From contig DASUMO010000142.1 in NCBI GenBank assembly GCA_036277695.1, positions 1-19,027 on the forward strand: a stretch of 19,027 nucleotides of DNA, given 5' to 3'. The stretch is from Chitinophagaceae bacterium (GTDB lineage Bacteria; Bacteroidota; Bacteroidia; Chitinophagales; Chitinophagaceae). The notes beneath the pieces are model-generated. The model saw only the letters and a list, made by a program, of their open reading frames with translations, searched no databases and was not told where the DNA came from. Below, piece by piece: positions 6,785-13,408 of this stretch. Each line of letters begins with the position of its first letter. The first letter of the stretch is position 1. Position numbers and translations under genes: made by a program.

Positions 6785-6871
6785 TCTTGTTATTTCTAAC
6801 TACTGGTTCTAAGAGGGGTTTATTTAAGGTCATCAAAAGCTCGCAGCTATCCGCTCAAAGCTCATAGCTTA

Positions 6872-7456
6872 CTATTGTATTCCATAACTTTCCAGCAAGG
6901 CCTTGTATTGCTCCCCGTTTCTCCTGCGCAGGCTTTCCTTTCCCACCAGGTCCTGTATTCTCATTACACCATCAATAATGGCTTCGGGCCGGGGTGGACA
7001 ACCGGGCACATACACATCCACGGGTATTACCTGGTCGATCCCCTGTAATACGCTATATGAATCGAAAATTCCACCGCTGCTGGCACAGGCGCCAACTGCC
7101 ATAACCCAACGCGGTTCGGCCATTTGCAGGTAAACCTGCTTAACCACCGGTCCCATTTTTTTGGCGATGGTGCCCATCACCATAAGCAGGTCGCACTGGC
7201 GGGGTGAAAAACCTACCCGTTCTGAACCAAACCGGGCCAGGTCATAATGTGAACCCATGGTAGCCATGAATTCAATACCACAACAGGAAGTGGCAAAAGG
7301 CAGGGGCCAGATTGAATTCTTTCTCGCCAGCCCGATAATATTACTGAGCTTGGTAGCAAAAAACCCCTCGCCCTGCTGCCCTTCGGGCATTGCCGCGATG
7401 CTGATGTCGGCTTCAAGTGGTTTTTTGATAAGATTATATGAAACTGGACGTGCCAT
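6872..7456 (-). CDS. nuoB: NADH-quinone oxidoreductase subunit B (N2 cluster subunit)
   Basis: FATSCCGIEFMA, GACASSGG and VPGCPPRPEA carry the N2 Cys ligands. Start chosen at the ATG at comp(7454-7456), giving MARPVSYNL..., preceded by an A/T-rich leader. The track's 7531 ATG adds 25 residues with no NuoB-like character but is not excluded. Confidence 0.9.
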   Translation of the reverse strand: MARPVSYNLIKKPLEADISIAAMPEGQQGEGFFATKLSNIIGLARKNSIWPLPFATSCCGIEFMATMGSHYDLARFGSERVGFSPRQCDLLMVMGTIAKKMGPVVKQVYLQMAEPRWVMAVGACASSGGIFDSYSVLQGIDQVIPVDVYVPGCPPRPEAIIDGVMRIQDLVGKESLRRRNGEQYKALLESYGIQ

Positions 7457-7553
7457 GTTATTATATTTTTGGAGTAAAACAAAGGGTGCCATAATCACAA
7501 CAATTGACGCTCCCCACTGTTGTCCCTTCATTCATATTTATCATTCTGTTCCG

Positions 7554-7949
7554 TCAATCCTCCCATTTCAAAGCACCTTTTTTGATAATATATATAAATC
7601 CACACAGAAAGAATCCTACAAACATGAGTACAGCCCAAAAACCGCTCCAACCAAGGTCTTTGAAATTTACCGCATAGGGATAAAAAAAGATGACCTCCAC
7701 ATCGAAAAGCACAAATAAAATCGCCGTCAGGAAGTATTTGATCGCCATGGGTTGCCGGGCATCCCCATGAGATTCGATGCCACTGGCAAAAATCTGCAAT
7801 TTGTCGGAGGTTTTCCGCTTGGGACCCAATAAATGGGTCACAACCATCAGGAATACCACTAACCCGACCGCAATGAACACCTGTAGTCCTACGGGCAGGT
7901 AAGAACTGGCGTTGTTTGGACTAATACCTGCCTGGAGTAAATGGAGCAT
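7554..7949 (-). CDS. nuoA: NADH-quinone oxidoreductase subunit A
   Basis: 131 aa with three hydrophobic helices. FDVEVIFFYPYA matches the conserved NuoA/ND3 motif. It is the first gene of the cluster. Confidence 0.9.
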   Translation of the reverse strand: MLHLLQAGISPNNASSYLPVGLQVFIAVGLVVFLMVVTHLLGPKRKTSDKLQIFASGIESHGDARQPMAIKYFLTAILFVLFDVEVIFFYPYAVNFKDLGWSGFWAVLMFVGFFLCGFIYIIKKGALKWED

Positions 7950-7966
7950 AGGCCTTTATATTCGCG

Positions 7967-7974
7967 CAAAAATA
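7967..7974 (-). promoter_or_regulatory. Candidate Bacteroidota -7 promoter box (TAnnTTTG) for the nuo operon
   Basis: The minus strand reads TATTTTTG (plus strand caaaaata). It ends 17 nt upstream of the nuoA ATG. I found no convincing -33 TTG at the canonical spacing. Confidence 0.4.
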
Positions 7975-8074
7975 AGGCTAAGAGATCAAAGGAGAAAAAA
8001 GAGTAAAGAGCGTAAAAGGAGGGATGTAAGCTTTATTTCACTCTTTTTCCATTTCCCTTTTTTGAACGCTTTAC

Positions 8075-8105
8075 AAAAAAATCCCCCACCATTACAGCAG
8101 GGGAT
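8075..8105 (-). terminator. Candidate Rho-independent terminator after the TPR gene
   Basis: The minus strand reads ATCCCC-(13-nt loop)-GGGGAT followed by TTTTTTT. The stem is 8081-8086 paired with 8100-8105, and the T-run is 8075-8081. It lies ~35 nt downstream of the TPR stop (8140-8142). The stem is short and the loop large. Confidence 0.45.
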
Positions 8106-8139
8106 CCTAAAGTAAAAGAAGAAAACCGAGTTTATCGCA

Positions 8140-9867
8140 TTAAGTTGATTGTTTGATTGAGGAACCTGGTTTGGAATTGGGCGAAGGTTTTTTTGAACCC
8201 GCCCTTGGCGTTGAATTACCTCTTGGACCTGGAGAGGATTTACCGCTCTTTTGCAGGATATCGATATTTTTCTGGATAGCTTCCGCGTTGGCTGTATCTG
8301 CTTCCTGCCATTTCTTTAAGTATTCAATGGCTTTGTCTTTATCCTTGGCATCATTGGCATAATAAATAGCCAGGTAACTCGCCGCACTGATATATTGCCT
8401 TTTGAACTTCGTTGTATCCTTAGCGCTAAAATCAAATAATTTGAGCGCATCGGGTACAGCAATACTGTCTTTTTTCAACGTATCGATGACTTTACTATTA
8501 TTAAATACCCATTCATAGCCATACACTTCATCAGGATACTTTTGAATGAACGTGGTAAATAAATCTCTTGACTTTGCATATTGTTTACCGAAATAATAAG
8601 CACGGCCGGCATCAAAATAATCATTGATAGAGGGTTTGGGTTTGATCTCCAGTAATTTAACCATCAGGTCCCCTTCTTTTTCCCGCTCATTTCTTTTGCG
8701 GAAAAATTCAGCGCCTTTTTTCAGGATCTCAACTTTATTATCCAATACCGTATCAATTTTTACACCCTCCAGGTAGCTGTCAAAAACGACCGCTTCCTGA
8801 CCGGGGAACTTGGAATAGATATCGGCTTTCAGTGCATAGTCAAACCCGATAAAATCTTCCGGTTTTTCCTTGGCAAAATATTGGTCCACATATTTCTTCG
8901 CATTGATCGAATCACCTTTTTGCAGGTAAGCATCAGCGAGTAGTTTCAATACCTTGGGTTTGGTAGCTGCACCCATGGCCGCAGTTACACTTTCTGCTTT
9001 GGAAGTGGCGCAGGCATAATCTTTCTTGGCCCAGCATAACTGTGCATAGAGGTATTGATCCTGGATATCATTTTCTGAAGCTTTGCTGTTGATATATTTT
9101 TTCAGGAATTCTTCTGCTTCGGGGAAACGCTGGCGAAAAAAGTTATAATAGAACAGTTCATAGTAACCCAGTGTAAAGCTCGGATCTTTTGCTACCGAAG
9201 CATTCAGGTTCTGGAGCACCAGCTCCCAGTTTTTTTGCGCTTCGAATAATTTGGCCAGCCTTATATAGGCAACTACAAAGTTCGGGTTTACTTCCAGCGC
9301 TTTATTGTAATTTACGTAGGCATCACCACCACCCTCTCCGGGCTTGGCCTTACGGTAAGCATTTCCCAACTGCATATAGAGGTCGGGACTTTTTTGATCC
9401 TTTTCAATCGCTGCCTTTAATTTTTCAATGGCATAGGCAAGATCACCGGCTTTGGCATCTACATTGGCACGGCCAATAGCGCCCAGGATGGCAGGATCAT
9501 CACCTTTTTTACCTCTAGTCATGGTAATGGCCTGTTCAAATTTCTGGCGGGCCTCATTCAGTTTTTTGTCATGCAGATCCACATGTCCCCGGCCTACAAG
9601 TACCAGGGGAGCATTATTGCTGGTGGCAAGTGCTTTGTCATATAATTGCCGGGCCAGGTCATTCTTGTCATCATCCAGGTAAGTTTGCCCCAGCCAGTAA
9701 ATGGCATCAGTATTATTGGGGTTGGCTGCAATTAATTTTTCAAAAACACTGACAGCGGTTTTGAACCGGTCAGCATACAGGTGATTGATTCCCTCCTGTA
9801 TGGATTGGGCCTTCAACCCGGCAGCCATGAGCATACCAATCACTGCAATCATTACGGTTTTCTTCAT
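8140..9867 (-). CDS. Tetratricopeptide-repeat protein, exported (575 aa)
   Basis: The signal peptide is MKKTVMIAVIGMLMAAGLKAQS. Repeated A/Y/L-spaced helical TPR-like units run throughout (e.g. AIYWLGQTYLDDDKNDLARQLYDKAL and LYMQLGNAYRKA). The C-terminal tail is Ser/Pro/Lys-rich and low-complexity. Confidence 0.85.
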   Translation of the reverse strand: MKKTVMIAVIGMLMAAGLKAQSIQEGINHLYADRFKTAVSVFEKLIAANPNNTDAIYWLGQTYLDDDKNDLARQLYDKALATSNNAPLVLVGRGHVDLHDKKLNEARQKFEQAITMTRGKKGDDPAILGAIGRANVDAKAGDLAYAIEKLKAAIEKDQKSPDLYMQLGNAYRKAKPGEGGGDAYVNYNKALEVNPNFVVAYIRLAKLFEAQKNWELVLQNLNASVAKDPSFTLGYYELFYYNFFRQRFPEAEEFLKKYINSKASENDIQDQYLYAQLCWAKKDYACATSKAESVTAAMGAATKPKVLKLLADAYLQKGDSINAKKYVDQYFAKEKPEDFIGFDYALKADIYSKFPGQEAVVFDSYLEGVKIDTVLDNKVEILKKGAEFFRKRNEREKEGDLMVKLLEIKPKPSINDYFDAGRAYYFGKQYAKSRDLFTTFIQKYPDEVYGYEWVFNNSKVIDTLKKDSIAVPDALKLFDFSAKDTTKFKRQYISAASYLAIYYANDAKDKDKAIEYLKKWQEADTANAEAIQKNIDILQKSGKSSPGPRGNSTPRAGSKKPSPNSKPGSSIKQST

Positions 9868-9926
9868 TTTACTTTTACTTTAAGAGTTGTAAATATAACT
9901 ACTAGTCTTCTTTTAATTTCCCTGTA

Positions 9927-10862
9927 TTATTCCCTTAGCCTCGCTTTGCGTAATATGAAATCCCTTTGCGCAGGCATCAGGTAAGCTCTTTTAAAAATCA
10001 ACTGGCCAATTTCCCCACTCATAAAATCCGCAAATCCATATCCGAGTCCACGGTGCTTTTCCTTTAGTATATAAACCAAATCCCGTACCATGGGATAATT
10101 ACGATCGGCTATGTTGACCTGGAGGGGAATAACATAACGTTCCTTTAAGTTTTTGCTTTCCAGGTAACAGATCTTCACTTTTTTCAAAAAACCCAGTTGC
10201 GCTGTATCTTCTTTATTTCCAATCCAGCTTACCCCTATGAAACCCAGGGCTCCCGGAGTTTTTGCAATATAATCGATCACTTCTTCACTTGAACGGGCTG
10301 CTACTGCTTTGGGGGTAAGCGGCTCGCCACGCAACACTGAATCGATGATAAAACGTATGGTACTGGTTGCTTTTACCCCGTCAAAAACAGGGATTAAATT
10401 TTTATTAAAGTTCCCTTTTAACACTTCCCGGATCTCATTCATCGTAAAAAATGAATCGGTGCTTTGAGGATGCGTAATGACAGCGATCGCATCTCTTGCC
10501 AACACAAGATTTACCAGTTCGGTTTTCAGGGAATCTGACACGGCATTTTTTTCCGATTCCGTATTTGCACGGGTAGCGATAATCATGCGCACACTGTCGG
10601 TCAGCATATCTTTCAGGCAGTCAGCTTCGGGCTTATAATCTACCAGGATGCGTGTACCCGGGTTATTGGATTCATAAACCTGCACCTGTTCATCTATTAC
10701 CGGTTTAAATGATTCATCGGCGCTGATGCGGATGGTTCCCCGGTAACGGGTATCGGTTTTTTCCGCTTCCTGTTCCCGATAGGATTTGCAGGCAACCCCA
10801 AAAAGACAACACAGACCTATCCCGATAAGAATTCCTGCCAGATCACCCCATAGCGTTTTCAT
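9927..10862 (-). CDS. PstS-like (PBP type 2) substrate-binding domain protein, probable lipoprotein or membrane-anchored
   Basis: 311 aa. The N-terminal hydrophobic anchor ends at ...LFGVAC. The body (IRISADESFKPV..., ARDAIAVITHP, GALGFIGVSWI, YPMVRDLVYIL) resembles phosphate/anion-binding PBP_like_2 domains. Its ATG overlaps the stop of the upstream small ORF (ATGA at 10859-10862). Confidence 0.75.
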   Translation of the reverse strand: MKTLWGDLAGILIGIGLCCLFGVACKSYREQEAEKTDTRYRGTIRISADESFKPVIDEQVQVYESNNPGTRILVDYKPEADCLKDMLTDSVRMIIATRANTESEKNAVSDSLKTELVNLVLARDAIAVITHPQSTDSFFTMNEIREVLKGNFNKNLIPVFDGVKATSTIRFIIDSVLRGEPLTPKAVAARSSEEVIDYIAKTPGALGFIGVSWIGNKEDTAQLGFLKKVKICYLESKNLKERYVIPLQVNIADRNYPMVRDLVYILKEKHRGLGYGFADFMSGEIGQLIFKRAYLMPAQRDFILRKARLRE

Positions 10863-11101
10863 CGGAAATAATTTTTCTTATAGCCCCTGTAAATCCGCCA
10901 GGCCCCATAGGCAACACAAATAATTCCAAAGATCTTATCCCAGTAATTGGGTGGAAATTTTTCATTGAACTCGAGATCGAATGATGCCCTGAAAAACAGG
11001 AAGACCCCTGCCACTACGATCAGTAACCCGATTCCATAATCGAGTATGGATCGCATCAGTGATACCTGCTTTCGTCTCCGGTTTTCATATTCTTCAAACA
11101 T
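10859..11101 (-). CDS. Small membrane protein, 80 aa, two predicted TM helices
   Basis: Start chosen at the ATG at comp(11099-11101), giving MFEEYENRRRK.... The track start at 11116 is a TTG. Hydrophobic spans are ILDYGIGLLIVVAGVFLFF and IFGIICVAYGAWRIY. The stop overlaps the start of the PstS-like gene. Confidence 0.55.
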   Translation of the reverse strand: MFEEYENRRRKQVSLMRSILDYGIGLLIVVAGVFLFFRASFDLEFNEKFPPNYWDKIFGIICVAYGAWRIYRGYKKNYFR

Positions 11102-11210
11102 GGTAAAACTTTTCAAGGGGTAGCAAATTAGGATTTTTTATTATTCAGGGCTGATAAAATCTAAGCGCATGGTAATGAGATGCCCGTTTGTTGCAGAATC
11201 CATAAAAAGA

Positions 11211-11375
11211 GCTGCTAGCTACTAGCTTCGGGCTTCTGGCTGTGACAGCCTACTAATTTGTCTGCCGAAGGTGGAAGCCTTGGCGAAGGCGGAACTTTGA
11301 TCCGGTAGGAGTAAGCTATATGAATTTACTGGTGTTAGTAAGCAACTAGTAGCCAGTAGCCGGCAGCTAGAAGCT
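11211..11375. repeat. AGCT/CTAG-rich dyad repeat element in a divergent intergenic region
   Basis: Block 11211-11241 and block 11346-11375 contain sub-blocks that are reverse complements. 11211-11225 vs 11346-11360 gives 13 WC + 1 GU + 1 mismatch. 11224-11241 vs 11358-11375 gives 14 WC + 2 GU + 2 mismatches. The centre holds a 12-mer direct repeat: gccgaaggtgga (11264-11275) and ggcgaaggcgga (11282-11293). Confidence 0.55.
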
Positions 11376-11381
11376 TATAAC

Positions 11382-11389
11382 TAACTTTG
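11382..11389 (+). promoter_or_regulatory. Candidate -7 promoter box (TAACTTTG = TAnnTTTG) for the phosphatase gene
   Basis: Exact match to the Bacteroidota -7 consensus, ending 5 nt before the ATG at 11395. This implies a leaderless or near-leaderless mRNA. Confidence 0.4.
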
Positions 11390-11394
11390 CCCCC

Positions 11395-11901
11395 ATGAAA
11401 ATTTTAATGGTCTGTTTGGGGAATATCTGCAGGAGCCCGCTTGCGGAGGGTATTCTCCAGCAAAAAGCCTTTGAGGCAGGATTGTCATGGAGCGTGGAAA
11501 GTGCCGGCACCAATAGTTACCATACCGGTGAAGCACCTCATCCCTTATCCCAAAAAGTGGCCCGGCTGAACGGGATTGATATCAGCAGGCAAAGGGCCCG
11601 GCGTTTTATCCCGGAAGATTTTGACGTGTATGATAAGATCTATGCCCTGGCTAGCGATGTGCTGGATGATATCCGCCACATTGCAAAAAGAAAATATGAC
11701 CCCGGGAAAGTGGATTTGCTGATGAATGAATTATATCCCGGAAAAAACCTGGATGTACCCGATCCCTGGTATGGAACCGAACCCGGTTATCATGAAGTTT
11801 TCAAAATGCTGGAAAAGGTATGCACTGCCATTGTTGATAAAGCTTCTTCTCCTTCTTCCGGTAGTGAAGCCTCACACAGCTCAGTGGATTTTCAAACCTG
11901 A
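11395..11901 (+). CDS. Low-molecular-weight protein-tyrosine phosphatase (arsenate-reductase-like fold)
   Basis: MKILMVCLGNICRSPLAEG carries the C-x5-R-S P-loop. DVPDPWYG carries the general-acid Asp. A ~20-aa Ser-rich C-terminal tail (SSPSSGSEASHSS) extends beyond the usual domain. Confidence 0.9.
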   Translation: MKILMVCLGNICRSPLAEGILQQKAFEAGLSWSVESAGTNSYHTGEAPHPLSQKVARLNGIDISRQRARRFIPEDFDVYDKIYALASDVLDDIRHIAKRKYDPGKVDLLMNELYPGKNLDVPDPWYGTEPGYHEVFKMLEKVCTAIVDKASSPSSGSEASHSSVDFQT

Positions 11902-11952
11902 GATATAAACGGGAACGCTCAAACAGCTGCCGCTAAGGCCATTCCCCTTTAC

Positions 11953-11960
11953 TATATTTG
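11953..11960 (+). promoter_or_regulatory. Candidate -7 promoter box (TATATTTG) for hisS
   Basis: Exact TAnnTTTG match, 22 nt upstream of the hisS ATG. No clear -33 TTG. Confidence 0.4.
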
Positions 11961-11982
11961 ACCCGATTTAGATTTTCATTTC

Positions 11983-13383
11983 ATGGCAAAACCTACAGTT
12001 GGATTACCCCAGGGAACCAGGGACTTTGGGCCGGAGATTGTTCGTAAACGGAACCATATCTTCAATACGATCAAAATGCAGTTTGAGTTATGCGGTTACC
12101 AGCCTCTTGAAACGCCTGCCATGGAGAACCTCGATACCCTGATGGGTAAATACGGGGAGGAAGGTGATAAACTGATCTTTAAAATCCTGAATAATGGGCT
12201 GGATAACACGGCTAAGGAAGCTGCTGTTCGCCGGGATTTTGAAAATGTATTACAGGGAAAAAATGTAAAGGGGATCACGGAAAGAGCCTTGAAATATGAT
12301 CTGACCATTCCTTTTGCCCGCTATGTGGCTATGAACCAGGGTCAGTTGCTATTTCCTTTCAAGCGTTACCAGATTCAACCGGTTTGGCGGGCCGACCGGC
12401 CGCAAAAAGGCCGTTACAGGGAATTTTATCAATGCGATGCTGACGTGGTGGGCAGTCTTTCATTATGGAATGAAGTGGAACTCGTAACCATCTATGCAAG
12501 AGTGTTCAGGAGCCTGGGACTTTCCGTAGAAATCAAGATCAATAGCCGGAAAATCCTGGCAGCACTGGCAACAGTTTGCGGCAAGGAAGATCAACTTACC
12601 GCTATCACCGTGGCTATTGACAAACTGGATAAGACGGGCATCGAAAAAGTAAAGGAGGAATTGACAGAAAAGAAGTTGAACCCTGATCAAATCGGCATGA
12701 TAGAGAAATACCTTTCTGTAAAAGGAGAAAATGCCGAAAAAATTGAACAACTGCAACCATTGCTGGGTGGCAACGTGATGGGAAAAAAAGGAATGGAGGA
12801 AATAGAATTCGTCTTATCCAAATTCCACGCAGAGCCCGCTGATGCTTCCCTGCCGGGCAGCGCCTGCTCCCTGGTATTTGATCCAACCCTGGCAAGGGGG
12901 CTCAATTATTACACCGGTATTATTTTCGAGGTAAAGTCGACGGAAGTTCAGATGGGCAGTATCGGTGGAGGCGGGCGTTATGATGACCTGACCGGCTTAT
13001 TTGGGGTGCCGGGCATCCCGGGAGTGGGTATTTCATTTGGCGTGGACAGGATCTACGATGTGCTGGAGGAATTAAATCGTTTTCCACCCGACCTGAAAAC
13101 CGGTACCCAGGTTTTATTTTTCAACCTGGGAGAAAAGGAAAGCGAAGCGGCATTTACTTTGTTGCAACAAGTGAGAGAGCGGGGCATCAGTGGTGAACTC
13201 TACCCCGAAAACAGTAAGTTTGACAAACAATTTAAATACGCCGATAAAAAAAATATTCCTTACGTGGTAATCATGGGTGAAGAAGAAATGAACAGCGGTA
13301 CCTGTAAAGTTAAAAATACCCGCACTGGCGAACAACAAAGCCTGCCTGCGGAGATAGTCGCGTTGAAATTCCCATTTATTTAA
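11983..13383 (+). CDS. hisS: Histidine--tRNA ligase
   Basis: 466 aa class II aaRS. WRADRPQKGRYREFYQCDADVVG is HisRS motif 2 with the R.Q.GR.R.F.Q signature. GGGGRYDDL and GISFGVDRI form motif 3 and the histidine-binding region. A C-terminal anticodon-binding domain is present. Confidence 0.95.
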   Translation: MAKPTVGLPQGTRDFGPEIVRKRNHIFNTIKMQFELCGYQPLETPAMENLDTLMGKYGEEGDKLIFKILNNGLDNTAKEAAVRRDFENVLQGKNVKGITERALKYDLTIPFARYVAMNQGQLLFPFKRYQIQPVWRADRPQKGRYREFYQCDADVVGSLSLWNEVELVTIYARVFRSLGLSVEIKINSRKILAALATVCGKEDQLTAITVAIDKLDKTGIEKVKEELTEKKLNPDQIGMIEKYLSVKGENAEKIEQLQPLLGGNVMGKKGMEEIEFVLSKFHAEPADASLPGSACSLVFDPTLARGLNYYTGIIFEVKSTEVQMGSIGGGGRYDDLTGLFGVPGIPGVGISFGVDRIYDVLEELNRFPPDLKTGTQVLFFNLGEKESEAAFTLLQQVRERGISGELYPENSKFDKQFKYADKKNIPYVVIMGEEEMNSGTCKVKNTRTGEQQSLPAEIVALKFPFI

Positions 13384-13408
13384 TAAACCCTATCAATAAA
13401 AATCAATT

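Noticed and set aside
4959-7718. ORFs overlapping nuoD, nuoC, nuoB and nuoA. Most are antisense (5197..5697, 6134..6679, 6238..6507, 6903..7133, 7257..7718). Two are same-strand but out of frame (4959..5171 and 7213..7482)
   Set aside because: All lie within genes that have unmistakable Nuo motifs, so they are treated as shadow frames.
7985-8075. Purine-rich tract (aaaggagaaaaaagagtaaagagcgtaaaaggaggg) followed by a pyrimidine-rich tract (cactctttttccatttcccttttttgaacgctttac) upstream of the nuo promoter
   Set aside because: The matching sub-blocks occur in non-nested order, and I could not build a convincing hairpin by hand. Low-complexity R/Y tracts match each other easily. It may be an UP-like or H-DNA-prone region, but I cannot support a call.
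9890-9897. TATATTTA on the minus strand, 22 nt upstream of the TPR ATG, as an internal promoter
   Set aside because: The last base deviates from the TAnnTTTG consensus (A instead of G). The gene may simply be co-transcribed with the PstS-like gene.
11117-11394. Possibility of a tRNA, SRP RNA or other known small RNA in the long divergent intergenic region
   Set aside because: There is no T-loop (GGTTCGAATCC-like) or cloverleaf. The gaagg/ccttgg centre superficially recalls SRP domain IV, but I could not form the GNAR-tetraloop helix. The only small ORF there (MVMRCPFVAESIKRAASY, 18 aa) has no support.
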